This document shows, piece after piece, positions 1 through 14,283 of a DNA stretch of 64,000 bases. The stretch spans positions 6,758,001-6,822,000 of the forward strand of contig CDRNST010000006.1 of assembly GCA_977016875.1 (NCBI GenBank). The letters are read 5' to 3'. A program made the position numbers and the translations under genes. The first letter of the stretch is position 1; the number at the start of each line of letters is the position of its first letter. The DNA is from Pavona decussata. Its lineage: Eukaryota. The notes beneath the pieces were generated by a model, which was not told where the DNA came from, ran no database searches, and saw nothing but the letters and a program-made list of their open reading frames with translations.

Positions 1-1365
1 ATATGCAGGGAGTAGGTGTTAGCGATCTGCCAAAAAGCTACCGTTTGGTGGATCCCGATGTGTCCGCGGACGTTGATGTATTCAACTTTTTTGCATTTGT
101 TGTTCACGGCAAGGTCATCCACAATGTTGAAGTCCTTGAAGCTTCCCCGAACGTAATCTCTGAAATCAACGCCGTGGGTCGGGTAGCTGCATGTTGCTCG
201 CCAGTGAGTGGAGTGCCTTTGTAGGGACTTCATTCGTGCCAAGCTCAAGCGGTACAGATTCCAGTTCTGTGCGTTCTCGTTCACTGGAGAGTTGTACTTG
301 AAAGGAATCTTCTGAAAAGCGGGGAGCTTACGATTTAGAGTACTCCAGGACATGACTAGGGTCCAGGCAGTGCCAGGCTCGGACTTGAGATCACAGTAAG
401 CCGGGTAACTGTTTCCGCCATTGTCGTAAAGTCTGTAGACGCCACATTTTGAGGCTCCTCTCAGCAGATAATCAAGGCAGGAGGTTGGACGGAAGAGTTT
501 TCGTTCAATTTTAGTTGATTTAGGACAATCGTCTCCCTAGGAAAAAAAAAAACAAACAAAGAATTAAAATCGTTGACCTTTTTGGCACGAAAAATATCGC
601 AATATTGTCCACGACTCCAGTAATGTACAGATCAGTTCAAACATTGATATTGAAAGGAGCGAATTCAGGGATCAACGTGGTCGACGGTAACTTCTTGTTG
701 CAATTCACTCTGATTTTAATCTTCCCCGGTTTCAAGATAGTTTGAAATCCCGATAATATTTTTAATATTTTGTTTTACTAAAATATCTTAAAAAGCGACT
801 GCAATTACAAAAAATAGAAAAACTTGAAACTTAAACATAAGTGTACGAAGTATTTTACCTTGCATCCCAGTGTAAGACCTCGTTTGTGCCGTCTGTGCTC
901 AGCAGCTGCTGCAAGTGCCTAGAAGATGAAGAAGAGGAAAGATTTACTTTTACAGTTGAAGAGTGAAGATCATATTCTTGTACTTAAAATCAGTCACGGG
1001 ATTTTGTCCTTTGAATAACTGAGATCCTGAGATTCCTGCGATTTTGTAGGTTCAAAAAGGTAAACGGCGTGAGGAATTATAATATAATTATCAAATTTCT
1101 TGGGCATTCGGCGTTACTAAGCAAAACTATAGACAAGCGTACTAAGCCCTAAAATAGGCTAAATAAAACGGTCATTTCCTTTCTTTCCGGGTTAGGTCCA
1201 TGCATCACTTGCCGGTTTGGGTTTCGTCCCTAACATTTTAAGTTTGGTGATAATTTTGCACGTTTAACACTGGAAAAGATCGTTATATGAATAGTTTTGT
1301 GTCGCAGACAGAACACTTACGAGTAAAGTTATGCAAATAAAAGCCGCGATTATCTTAAATGCCAT
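1..1365 (-). CDS. Secreted fibrinogen-related-like domain protein, copy 1 (3' end outside window)
   Basis: Exons 1365-1321 (MAFKIIAAFICITLL), 918-859 (ALAAAAEHRRHKRGLTLGCK) and 536-<1 (GDDCPKSTKIERKLFRPTSCLDYLLRGASKCGVYRLYDNGGNSYPAYCDLKSEPGTAWTLVMSW...). GT-AG introns, all phase 0, open to the edge. The SC..GVY..YCD..WTLV pattern matches the start of fibrinogen-related/intelectin-type domains. Confidence 0.85.
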
Positions 1366-4300
1366 CGTTAGATTTTCTCAATATACCGTTTTGAAATCAA
1401 CTCAAAGAAAGAAACAGGGTTTGAAAACCGCTTCGTTGCTTACCGCAAGTATCTGCTCAACAAGCGAGCAGTCTAGGCTGTGTGTTGTATTACGTAGCAC
1501 CAAAATATCAGGTAAATAAATCAAAAACACGAAAACGTATTCCACTGAACATGTCTTGTGTATTGGACAAACGAAGCAAAAAAATTGACAACTTGACGTC
1601 AACATGTTTGCCATTTTCATTTTTCTTGCATGGTTCGTTCCTAGAGCAGTGCACGGCAAGCAAGGTGTTAAGTCTGGGATCATTTATTTATCCAAGAGAC
1701 AACTTGAAACTGAATGAAAATTCTTTCGATAAAAAGCATTATTATTCTTGTTGACTGTTGAAAAGTTTTTTTGTTTTTGATTTTGACGTTTTTGGTTTAT
1801 GCGCTGTAAAGCTGAATCCATCATTTTGAGTCGGAGCAAACAATAAATTTGAAACTTCAGTACTCCTTCATCCTACGAGAAAGCGATTACCTCCCTTTTC
1901 TGCTCTGAAGCAGAAAGGAGACCTCTGGCTTGCAGGGTATTTCCCATTACATAAGAAAAGAGATCCGCTGCTACAAGTCGTATGTCTATACTTACGATTC
2001 ACCCGCTATAATTTGTCAAAGTCAATTTGGTGGGTTCTCGTACAGCTAGTCACTCTAAGGTTGTGAATGTTTACAGAATGAATTGATTGGTTGTATGTAC
2101 GTACACTCTATGTAATATTTAATATATATTCTTATTTTGGAAAATGTTAGTAAAATTTTTATATAACATACCTTACGATTCAACGCCTCATTCAGATCAA
2201 GCAGTATTTTTACATTTTTCATGTTTAGTTCAGTCATTGATTTGAGGAATCAGTGTTCTGATTGTTTACATAAAACAATAGCAATTTCTTACCTGGGGAC
2301 TTTTTGGCAGTGAAATTAAGGAATAAAGTTAGACTGCATGCTGGAATATTGAGAACTGCGAAGCCCATGAGACCCATTCGCATGGGAGTTGAACATGTAT
2401 TTAGGAATTCGACACACTGATTAGTTCGGTGCGAATCAATTTGTGGCCGGCATATTCAAACTCCGTACTGAAACTAAAGAAATTTGGCCAAAAGCTTTGG
2501 CTGATCAAATTTGAGATCACTACTGGCTCTAAAAGAGTCACAACATCAATTTTTGACTTTTCTTTATATTTCTGTAAATTGATGTAGCGTGGACTTTATA
2601 GACGAATGTCCGACGGACACCAAAAAACGCGAATGTCAGCTTTCCACCAAACCTTATTTCTCAGCGTTGATCAGAGAATCTTTAACCAAGCCGAACACCT
2701 TATAACTGAGTATTTTGGGTTTGAACATCTTTGAAATCATTTTTACAGGAATTATTTTTCATCGGATATATATACAAAGCCTGCATTTAGCGCCATATTT
2801 GCCAGCATTCAAAATGGTGTACACTCCCAAGCAAAAAAGATTTCCTCCTCTTTTCCTCTTAGGTGTATTTGTAATGCAAAAAGATCGCTGACCAAACCAC
2901 AAGCTTTTTTTAGGATTGGTAGGTAAGACTGTAGCATTATGATACAGCAGGATGACTAATAAAACGTTTGGTTGTTGAAGTCAATCGACTGTATGCATGC
3001 CATGTTTTCGTGCGAAACTGTTCCCGCCATTTAGTTTCAGTGCAAGCGATTCGCGAATCCATATTGTCACAACGTCTCACTTGTTTAATCAAAACATCCC
3101 TATCTTGTAAAACTCAACCGAGTTACACCTTCAAACATGAATGTATTGTATTGTAAGTATGCATGTAAAATACTTTTTTGTGAGCGCAAAGATGAGAGGT
3201 AGTTATATGTATTTAATAATAAAGCGTGTCTTGTATGGTCAGCACAATTAGTATGGCGATTTTTAATTACCTCATTATACGCCTCGCCTCAACATTCGCC
3301 TATTCAATTCTCAAACATTCATTTCTTGAATGCCGACGTCTTTTTGGTTGTTGTTGAACAATATAATTTACGCACCTATTGTACACAACATCGTTGTCTG
3401 ACGGAATTTCTAAGGCTAGGAAAGATTTTATCTTCCACGTTCGTCTGAGGTCTGAAATATTATTCATTTTGTCATGAGAATTCTCCAAAGAGAATCACAC
3501 CCATGATCTTCCGCATATCAAGTTGTTAAAGTGGGTCAGAGGGTCGCTTAGAGATTTTAGCGATTACATGGAATGGCGACGCAGTGATTCAGCGACCGAG
3601 GGCACACAGTTGAACCATATCATCGATAGATTATTTTTATTATAACCGACGGAAAAACCAGGCTTAATGTTTTCGCTGCTTGTGTTCCGGAGACTTGATG
3701 AAATTTCCAATTTTCAAACACGCGTTTGAGCTCGCTCCTTCTAAGATGACTGAATTGGCATTACAAAACTGATAAAGCAATCGAAAGTCAGTACAGCTTC
3801 GTCGAGCTTACATGCACACGTGCCAAAATGAAATGAGAGACTGTAAGAAATCCGAACGAGGCTGGCGGAGAGAAGCAGTTGTTTTAGGATCACAAGTAAA
3901 ATAGCAACTGAACTGTTTGGCAGCTGGAAAATGACACTGGACTACAAAAACAAAGGAATTTGTAAAAACGTACAACTAAGTGGAGAGACGCTGTACAATC
4001 AATTTCATGCCTGAACATCATGAACTATTTGATTCTGATGGAAAGCCGATCTCAGTCATTATTATAAAAGTAAACATTGCTTCTCCAAATCAAATCAGTT
4101 GTTCTCTTGGCCGGTGTAAATCACCAAGGCAGTGCTTGGCCTTAAAGTCTTTTCATGTGCCAGTATTTACACGGAGCATTTTTTGCGGAAGTGATATTGT
4201 CTTAAAATATGCACAAAATGATATTGGGCTTCCGGGCAAAAAGTTTTGTCAGTAAACTCTACAATGTTAGAAAAGATCATTTTTCGAGATCAAGCGACGA

Positions 4301-5010
4301 GAAGTTCAAGACAGGATAGCCTAATGTATTCCATAGAATGTCAAAAGTACGTTAAAACCAATTTTCTTATGCCACCGAATTCCACATTTCATTTCAATTG
4401 TCTCAAGGAAGCTACCTTATTTTAGTATTTATTCAACAGGCGACTGGGTCTGTTTCTTCTGTTTATTTAATGGGTAAACTAAATTTGCGAGCCGAACATG
4501 TTTCGAAAGTAAATATTGAAGCATTTGTCTGTGGAAGAAAAAATGAATTTCACGAAGTCACTTTCTCAAAATACACCTGATTACCTATTCAGTTTGCAGC
4601 GGATAACTTGAAAGGGTTAAAAACAAGCCAAGAATGCAGAAAACGGGAAATTGGGGCAGCCTCAGAAGCTCCCAAGTACTTTCCAGACGTTAAATACTAT
4701 TAAATGATTATAAATGCTAAATACTTATGCTAATTTAGGTTTGTTGAAGAAGAGACAGTTGATCTCGTTTGAACAAGGCGTGCGTCTACACTTGCTTAAT
4801 TCTTTGCGGATCGAAAATAATTAACCAAACGAATGAGTAATATTTAAGAATAACTTCTAAATTCTTTACACAATGTCACGTTTTACCGTCCATTCCGATT
4901 GCCTTTCAAATCGGTTCAGTTACAGGTAAAATATCTATTAAGCCCCCTCCCCTTTCCCCATCGGGCCTACGCACCATAAATGCTGGTTCAAATAAGGACA
5001 AGAAAGCACA

Positions 5011-5095
5011 TAACCTGCCGAGCAAGCTCTCTATTTGGTCTCACCCGAGACTTATTTCGTGTAAGACCCTTATTAGAGAGCTTGTTCGTAGGCTA
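5011..5095. mobile_element. Short palindromic MITE-like repeat (paralogs near 23820 and 59078)
   Basis: Imperfect terminal inverted repeat TAACCTGCCGAGCAAGCTCTC ... GAGAGCTTGTTCGTAGGCTA. Confidence 0.55.
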
Positions 5096-6409
5096 AACAT
5101 CGCATGTGAGTTTTGTTGACTTAATGAAATTTTAAGAAGACGAGGCTTCAGCGTGAGAAGTAAATAGAGACCTTAAGATTCTAGTACGAGTTCGACTACG
5201 AGATAAGACTTGAAGTTTTTAGCGAAGTAGTAACAACAGAGATATCCCAGGGAGATTGATTTTACTCTTTGTGAGGGACGAACTAAATTCCAAAAGACGA
5301 GATCACTTACGTTTCGAGGAGACAAGGATTCGTTTTCCCCACCACGCCGTTCTGTCAAAAACTTGTAGTAAAATAACGATTCGTTTTCGCTCCAAAATGA
5401 CACTGGTTCCGGCTCGCAGGTCTCAAATGTTGTGCTCAGACGGTAAGTGACGCGACACCCGTATTGTTTAATAGTCTGCTTAGCAGTCTAGTCGGTTCCT
5501 AACTTTCCCTTCCAAGAAAGCGCGCGCGCGAGGCGAACGAAACCTTAGCTTCCCGAGAGGGACCCCAAAATAAAAGAAATATGCAGCACAGGGGAGGGGA
5601 AGGGTAGGCAAACGGTTGATACGCATGCGGATCCAGACTATTGTATTTTTATACGCGTATTTAAAGCATTCAGATTAGTATTTCAGTTGTCAATTATTTT
5701 AGCATAGCTTGTTTACTGACTCATGACTTGAAAGGATCTACCGTCTCTATTAAGCACACACACTTCTCTAATAAAACCCCGTTCTTGATAAGAGTGTTCA
5801 CAGTGTTACATCTTAGTTGATAACACGTACAATAGCACAGTAGGGAGGAACTCTGTACAGTTACTGCCATGGAACGCAAATGAAAATACCTTTTACTTGC
5901 AGTGCATTCGATTGCCCCGGTCACTATGATTCACATTTAAATTTTACGGCGCTATTTGCATGGTTAACCTGAAGGAAGAGATGTCATTTTCTACCATATT
6001 ACTGTAATTCGTAGACAAGAGAAGTTTAGAATTATTTTACTAGAATTAGTTTTTGTAAAACGCATTTGTTTTGGTAAGCGGCGAAGCGATGAGTTTTTTT
6101 GACAACTTGAACGACGAGGAACCAATCAGTAGCTTCGTGAAACGGGAAGTCAAAGGAATATCCTCTTTCTTTCCCCCTCTCCCCCGTCCTTCCTCGTTTA
6201 ATCGTTAATTTGTATAATTTGTAGTTGTCCAGCCGTTCTCGCGTAGGATCTAAGAAAAAACGATACTATCAATCTAACTACAATCTAACGTAATTCGAAA
6301 CTAGAGCTGTAATAAATTCTATGTCGTGGCTTTTATATTGAGGACATCAAACAATTCCTATTAATAAATCACATGATTTTTGTATTCGAGAGTATTGTGT
6401 TGTCCTTAG

Positions 6410-9295
6410 CTGGCCGCAATGAGCTCATGAGAGTCGCAGTCAACGGCATCTTACAACGTGGAGAAGGCGGGAAAGGACGTGACCATGGCAACCGGGATAG
6501 TAGCAGCAGTGTCAGCGATTCTCCGTACCAGGTTAACTCGGCCAGTACCCTGACAGACACCGAGAGTATCAGAGAGGTAATGCCTGTTGCTTAAGTTGAA
6601 TATGAATGTATTTAGTGGGGCGAAATAAAGACATTTTTACAAATGTTTGTTGTCTGACAAACTTGTTGATCTGTGCGGATGGACCTATGGAGCTTTTCTT
6701 CTGTGTGGTAGTTTGCTGACTTGTTTTTGTCATATACCCTTACTTTAAAGTTGGCTGAGCTCAAGTTTTTTTTGGTTCCTGTCAGAGGTATCCTCGCCCC
6801 AGTCTCTTTGGGTAGAGGGACGGAAAGCGGGGAGGTTGGCCAAGGAGTTCCTGACAGTTCTGGCGAGTTTGTTATTTACGTTTCTGTGCCTCCTAGTGCT
6901 CGTACATTTCTATAAGAACAGGTGATGACGATAAAAAAAGAAATGCTTATGGATAACGATAAGAGGTTCCTATGGAGTCAAAGAAAGACTTTGTTTTTAT
7001 TGGTAGAATCATAAAGATTTACACTTATTAAGGAGAAATTTGAGAGAATTAAACACCGTTGTAGAAACACGAACCTACTTTTTAGACTAGTCTGAAACGT
7101 TGCTTTGGAAATTCAACACGTATTTCTATCAATTTTAATAACCACTGTAAAATGTTTTGTTTCTTAACAACAATGCATTTAATGTGGTGCTAAAAAGAAG
7201 GAAATTAATGCTTGTTGGCTTTTCAATAAATGCTCACGCTATCCGCAGTGAGGATTTTATCCACAGTCTCAAAAGCGAGAACCACCTTGTAAAGCATAAT
7301 GTACAGCGCTACGGGAAAGAACTGCGTGTGTAATAGCTTTTAATTGGATGGTTAGAATGGTGACGCCTAGGATTCCAACCAAAGACTCAGAAGTTATAAC
7401 CACTTTATACAGCGTACAGTAAACGTTATCACAGGAAAGTACTACTCAGTTGCTTTCGTTAGGATTCTTTCCGTATAATCAAAAATGAGAAACACCTGGA
7501 GATAATTATACGACAACATATTAGTGCCACAGCAAAGTTTTGCTTAGTAGCTTTCAACTTATTTGTCACACCTTAGAATGTCAACTACAGAATCAAGGAA
7601 GAACCATCTTGTATAGCATTGTTAATAACAGCATAGGAAAGTACTTAGCATTTAAATGGTGACATTTTGGTATTTTATCAAAGACCTAAGGTTATCTCAC
7701 CTTCCCTGTGCGGATTAAAATTGAAATATGTTTTACCAGTAAATTGTGCTTTTCTCTCAGAATTCTAACGCTGATGTCAGTGAGAGAGAGCCAGGTGAAG
7801 TGAGGCCTCGGGATCCAATGGCTGTTCTGTTGAACTGCATTCAGAATTACAGGCCGTCAGCTGTTAACAGCGCCAGCGAAGGAGAGTTGTTAACAGAGCA
7901 TCTGCGCATGCCTAATGGAGGTCAGGGAAAGACTGAATCAAAGGAACCTGGTGAAGTAGGTTAGTGATACTTTCGGCGCTAGTTTATTTATCAGAATTGC
8001 TTAAGAATAATCATCCCGGCAAATCTCTTAGTATTACATTGGATATTCAAGGACGGTCACTGAATTTTGTTCTTGAACAATTTAGAAGGTAACTGATTAG
8101 CCCTTTCATTCTCGGAGTCAACAAAGAAAACAAATAAAGAAACCGGTTGAGTCTGTGGTTGCACCTCTCAACTAAAAGCTATTCAGCAGTACTTTTTATT
8201 TTGGTCGTTCTTTTATGACAAACTCTTATTGTGTAATTTAAAGTAGTCTTACTCCAGTCAGCGTTCCTGAAAGATGCCTGCCAAACATAAAAAAGGCAGC
8301 CCAAAAATGCATTGTAATACAACTAGACGGTGGAGGCGCGGTGTTGCGCGCTGGAGCTTTCAGACGTTCGGTAAAATATCGGAGGGTTGGTGATTCAACA
8401 ATAAGTTGTTCTCTGGTTGTGGTGTTGTTATTTATTCCACATTGTCCGTCTTCACCCAGGTGTATAAATGGGTACCGGTGACATATTGCTGGGGATAACC
8501 CTACAATGGACTAGCATCACATCCAGGATAGAGGGGGGGAGTATAAATACTCCAAGTTGCTTTTTTAATACAACAAAACGGCTTAAAGTGCGACTTAAAA
8601 CAAGTACATCAGGTAAAAAAGTTTGACTTCTTTTGTTATTTGCAGTCCCAAGGAAACTCTCTCCGGGTGAAGTGGTAGTGTGGGAGCCGTCCGGTGCAGT
8701 TGGGAACCTTCCTCCCCCTTTACCTGGGAAATTCACATTGGATGACGAACCTGTGGATGTGAAGAACGCCAAAACTCCCGGCGCACTCGAAGTCTCTCCG
8801 AAGAATGCCGACGGAGAGCCGAGTCACGACGAGCGTTCTCTTCATGCTTCGGATTTGTTGCCTGGAACACTCGGCACAGATACTTCTTTTCCCACTGCAC
8901 AACAACGACAACAGCAACAGCAGCAACAACAACAACACGCTAAGCCCAGGGTAATTCATGTTGAAGAAAAGGACAGTCAACTATCAGAGACAAGTTTACA
9001 AAACACTTATTCTGTAGAAGAGCGCAGACAAGGGGCTTCTGCATTGTCTGATGATGACAGAGAGGAAGGGAAGAAAAATGTTTTCACGAGCGAACAAGAT
9101 GGATTAGGCTTTAAGGGAGAAAGTAATGGAGCTGTTGAACTTGATGAGGAAGATACTGAACCTCAACAGCCAACTAAAATCCAAGTTATGCTACCGTCAG
9201 TTGATAACAGTGTTCATGAAGAAAGCTCGGCACACGTTTCTGTTGATCAGGATACGTTTGGTGACGTGTCTTCCATTTCTGGAGGCGATTTTTGA
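6410..9295 (+). pseudogene. 5'-truncated duplicate of the last three exons of a neighbouring gene (low-complexity, SEGE/SPGE motifs; possibly TALPID3/KIAA0586-like C-terminus), copy A, frame still open
   Basis: Exons 6410-6576, 7761-7959 and 8646-9295 have canonical AG/GT sites and compatible phases (0, then 1). The product has repeated EPGE/SEGE/SPGE motifs, a polyQ at ~8900-8935 and ends KIQVMLPSV...DVSSISGGDF. No upstream exon was found. The exon structure is secure; the TALPID3 resemblance is from memory of its C-terminus and is tentative. Confidence 0.6.
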
Positions 9296-11597
9296 GTGAA
9301 GTGGCAGCGGTGATAATTATTTATAACAAAATAGATTGTTAGAAGCATTAAAATTGTTTCAAACCTTGGATTAACTAAATGTTTTTGAAAGTGGTCTTCA
9401 ACTTGGTGTCGAAAGTATTGTTTGTTCTGGTTGTGCCTTGCTACGATTTGTGATTGGCTAAAGTAACTCGACCACTAATTCAACCAGTTATAAGGAAAAC
9501 CAAACTTGAAGCTATCGTGGCTTGCTCGCGCGCGTTTTCCCGCGCGTGGCTTAGTTACATGTGCTGTTTGTGTCTGTTGTGATTGGCCAGAGCGCATCGA
9601 TAACTTTAGTTTTGGTGCTGCATTACACTGTTGAAAACCACTGAACAGTAAGGACACCGCATTAGATTTCAACCCGCACACGACTGTTCCTCTTTTTCCG
9701 TAGGATATTAACTGTCAAATGTAAAGATCGTTTTACAAGTATAGTTTTCAGTTATAAGGAGTGGGTGATCAAAAAGGGAGTGGTGGAATCGGAGAAAACT
9801 GGAATAAAAAAAGGATACGGAAAGAATGGAAAGTTCCCCAAAATTCTGAATGTAAACCCCTCCGAAAATAACCCCAGCCCAAGAAGGGCCTCAAATCTCT
9901 ATTATCTTCCATGATAAACCCAACAGACCAGAATTGAGACCATGGACTTTATTAGCTTTTTGTTTTGGGCTGTTAGTTCGTGTTTGACGCTAATTTAAAT
10001 TCTTCTCATTGTCAAGCCGGAAAATGCTCTCCAATATTAAGCGCCCCGCCAACAAGCCAAACGTGAACGAGAGTCCTTTCAACGAATAAAGACCAGGGCT
10101 CATATTGAGAATTTTACGATGGTTGCGGAAACAACTTTTGGTCCTTAAATTTGAACATAAAAAATTTGTGTTGATTTTAGTGAGGAGTTAGGGCGCTGTT
10201 GGTCCTTCCTTAGATACGCCACTGGCCAGTTCTATATGAGGGACATTTCACAAGTAACAATTCTGTGATAAATAATATTCATTTGACTGTTGTCCGGTAG
10301 AAACAAGTTTTCATTCGTCACTCGTATTTTCCAATCTTTTTCTTTCTTTCTTTTTATCACTCTTTTTCGTTCCACTCAACATGATCGATTTCACACGATC
10401 TGAGAAGATTAACAAAATCTTTATTAATGTATTACTGAGAGACTACATAATTTCGTATCTTTATCATCTACGGATCACAGTTTGTTCTAAATCAAGTTCG
10501 GGGTGAAATGCTGCGACCCCGTTTAACACGCTGTTACATCTGTGAACGCATCAGAGATGAGCTCCCAACCACCACTGGGTGGTAGGTTGACTTCCCTGTG
10601 TGCAGCGGAACTTTGGGTTGATGTATTCATAGTAGCCAAAGCTGTCTTCCCAACTCACTGAACCCGCCTTTGGCCTAAACTGACAGGTAGCGTATGTACT
10701 GTCAGTATGCAGGAAGTAGCCGTTAGCACCCTGCCAAAAAGGTACCGTTTGGTGGATCCCGATGTGTCCGCGGATGTTGATGTATTCAACTTTCTTGCAT
10801 TTGTTGTTGTCAAGGTAATCGATGACGTTGAAGTCCTTGAAGCTTCCACGAACGTAATCTCTGAAATCGACGCCGTGGGTCGGGTAGCTGCATGTTGCTC
10901 GCCAGTGAGTGGAGTGACTCTGTAGGGACTTCATTCGTGCCAAACTCAGGCGGTACAGATTCCAGTTCTGTGCGTTCTCGTTCACTGGAGAGTTGTACTT
11001 GAAAGGAATCTTTTGAAAAGCGGGCATGTTACGATTTAGAGTACTCCAGGATATGATTAGGTTCCAGGCAGTGCCAGGCTCGGACTTGAGATCACAGTAA
11101 GCCGGGTAACTGTTTCCGCCATTATCGCAAAGCCTGTAGACACCACATTTTGAGGCTCCTCTCAGCAGATAATCAAGGCAGGAGGTTGGACGGAAGAGTT
11201 TTCGTTCATTTTAGTTGATTTAGGACAATCGTCTCCCTAGAAAAAACAAAACAAAACAAAACAAAAACAAAACAAAGAATTAAAATCGTTGACCTTTTTG
11301 GCACGAAAAATATCGCAATATTGTCCACGACTCCAGTAATGTACAGATCAGTTCAAACATTGGCATTGTGAGGAGCGAATTCAGGGACCAGCGTGGTCGA
11401 CCGGATTTTCTTGTTGCAATTGATCTGATTTTAATCTTTCCCGGTTTCAAGATAGTTTGAAATCCTGATCGTATTTTTATTTATTTATTTTTTTTACTAA
11501 AATATCTTAAAAAGCGACTGCAATTACAAAAATAGATAGACTTGGGAGCTTTTACTCGGCAAGAAAACCTCGAAACTTAAATATCTGTGTGAATTAA

Positions 11598-12205
11598 GAG
11601 TGGCCGTCTGTAATTTTCAACTAATGTGTTTTGGGTGCGAAAAAATAAAATTCGTCAAACTTTCTCAGAAGAAAGGACTAGATAAGTAATTCACATTTAT
11701 GTAACTTTCAGGTCAATCAAATAAATATTTTAGCTGCAGGACTAATATTTCGGTTTTTCAGCTCTCAGAAAGCACTCAGAGCTCCGTCAGAGCTACTTCC
11801 TACATATCGGTAACACCTGGGTTTGGATATAAAACGTAACTAAAACTAAACGCCAAGTTGGAACTCGAAATCAGAAGATATTAATGATTAATTCAGGACG
11901 GTTATTTCCAATTGTAATAAAAAGCTGAATATTTTACCGATTTTTTAACTTTTCTCTTTTGTGAGCCATTTCGGCAGGTACAAAAATCGGCTAAATTCAA
12001 ATGAAAATATCGCCAATGGTACATTACTAGACTTCATAAAAGTACACCCCAGTTAAAGAGCAACGTCTTCCCTTCAAATGTTTGCAATAAAATTTTGGGG
12101 CCAACGTAACTACGAAATTTGACAGTTGAAATTACAAAGTGCCCTTTTGTAAACAAACGCAATCTTTAATTAGCTCAACAACGACGAGTCAATGCCATAC
12201 GAAGG
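11598..12205 (+). repeat. Left terminal inverted repeat (~600 bp)
   Basis: Aligns by eye with the reverse complement of 18555-19607 once the solo LTR 18623-19069 is removed. Imperfect, with scattered mismatches. Confidence 0.9.
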
Positions 12206-12670
12206 CGCTTTACTTTAGCGCTAAACTAGCTAAGGATGCTTTTTACAAGATCAACTGTTATAAATGTGCGCCAGACTCGGAAGGAAGTTGAATAACAATA
12301 CTGTACAATTAAATGAGTGATTTATCATTCAGAAGCGGACATATCACAAATGTCTCGCAAAAGGTAGATAGCATGCTGCTCTTCCCAAAAGGCTGAAAAG
12401 GAGACAATAAAATTTGCATACATTATTTCACCAATTATCGAATGAAAAAATGAATTTGATTCGGAATCGTTTCCAGATGGATATGACCTGAAAGTTATCT
12501 TATGGCTCTTTTAAAATGATCGAATTGCTAATGATTCGAATTTGACAACTGTTCACAGAATCCCAAGAAAAACCACCGTAAATCATTTTTTCCGAAGAAC
12601 AACCATTGTTTTACTTTCACTCGACCCTACAAATAAATTCGTGAACAATTCAACATGAATTGAAACTTGT

Positions 12671-13710
12671 TCACTTTAATGTTTGTAGGGCCATATCGTA
12701 CACCGTCGCTTGTCCCTCTGGTTGGGAATCCCGACATTTTAAAAGATTCCAAAGGCTCTGACGATATCTTTCATTCAGAAGAAAATAAATGCATGGATTA
12801 AGCGATGCGTTGGAGTAAAATATGAACTTGACTGCAAAGTTTAAATGGTCTATTCCACAAGGAATTTTTTCGTGCCACCAAAAAAGGTGTAACAATCCAG
12901 TGATATCTATAGGAAGTATACACATAACAAATAAAACTATGATGGCCAGAATTTTCTTAATGATCTTAGTGTCTTCTTTTCGCCTTTGTCTTCTGAATGA
13001 GGACACTGTTTTCCAAAATGATCTCTGTTTTATTATAGACCTGAACATAAAACCGTAATGACTGCCAAGGGGATGGCAATTAAGATAACTGATATCGCCA
13101 CGAAGTAGATTCTTTGAGCTTTTAGACTGTCAAACGCGGGTTCCCAGCTGAAGATGCAGTATCGTATGTTATTGACTTGTTTGAGACGCACTGTGTTAAG
13201 GTAAGTGCTGTGTAGACCCATAGATACTAACCATATTAGTGGAATAAGGACTCGTCTCCGTCTTGGTGTTATGACGGGGTCTCGATATGGCTGAACCACT
13301 CCAGCATACCCATCTACAGTGATGAGCAAGATACTTTGAATCGATACAGCGGTGGAAATGTCTTGGAAGAAATAAACAAGTTTGCATAGAATGACTCCAG
13401 CAGCCTCGTCAATCAGCCATCTTTGCACGCCGGTGAAGATTTGCGTGAGCTCTCGCGGAACGGCGAATGCCGATACCATTAAATCTGAGATGGTCATATT
13501 TGCGATTAGCAAGTTGGTACTTGTTTGCATATGTTTGTATCTGGCAACGATGGCGATGAGTGCAGAATTTCCGACCAGTGAAATCAGCATAATGATAGAG
13601 TAACAAGCTGCTTTGACCACTTTTATATCCATAGGCTCTTCTTTTGTGAATGGCATGCATTTAACTCCAGTTGAGTCTGGGTTCGTTGAATTGTCAAGCG
13701 AATCATCCAT
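12671..13710 (-). pseudogene. Class A GPCR, neuropeptide-receptor-like (RFamide/QRFP/NPFF-type), frameshifted
   Basis: ORF 13033-13710 has TM1-5 (GN, NLLIANMTISD, CKLV, DRY altered to DGY). ORF 12671-13048 has TM6-7 (FVMCILP, NASLNPCIY). A frameshift near 13045 separates them. Confidence 0.88.
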
Positions 13711-14283
13711 GGTACTACTCCAACAGCATTAAACGGAGCTATCGAGTTGACTTTCCTAGAACTGAAATAAAGAAAATGTTGTTTAACGAGAAGCATGCAA
13801 GTCTGTGTATTAAGAAATCTTTCAAAAACTCATTAATAATTCGTAAGCCCATTGACCAAATGGTCGATAAAACGTCACGTGCAGTGGTTTTAAAACCCGA
13901 TAAAACCTCCTCCTTATTAGTATGGTTTTTCTCGTATGCTATTATTACACAATGTCTTATTGTCTAGTTAACGATCACTCAGCTTTTTTATTCATTAACA
14001 AGCCGACATGAATGAATTGCAAGCACACCATACTGGATGAACAAATTAGCACGTACTTAGCTATAATTGGATTATAGTCCTTTTACAGAAGACCACAATA
14101 GTTAAAAACGAACAACAATAAAAGAGATGCCAAAAGCTGGTCTGCGAATACATGTATTCAAAAGTAAATTGTTTTCACAACAAGTTTCCAGCATTGTCAG
14201 CGTCCTTCTAAAATCTAAACGAACCCAGAGTCGGTAAGCTTCGCTCTCGTTACACTCAACTATTCGGCTCGTTGTTGCTACAG

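Noticed and set aside
1400-6400. Short ORFs in the upstream blocks shared by units 1, 2 and 5
   Set aside because: Frames are not preserved between paralogs (many indels) and no domains are recognisable. Non-coding 5' exons may exist but cannot be supported from sequence alone.
10707-10925. Recurrent plus-strand 72-aa ORFs (also at 3, 31565, 53902)
   Set aside because: Antisense shadows of the conserved exon 3; recurrence is explained by duplication.
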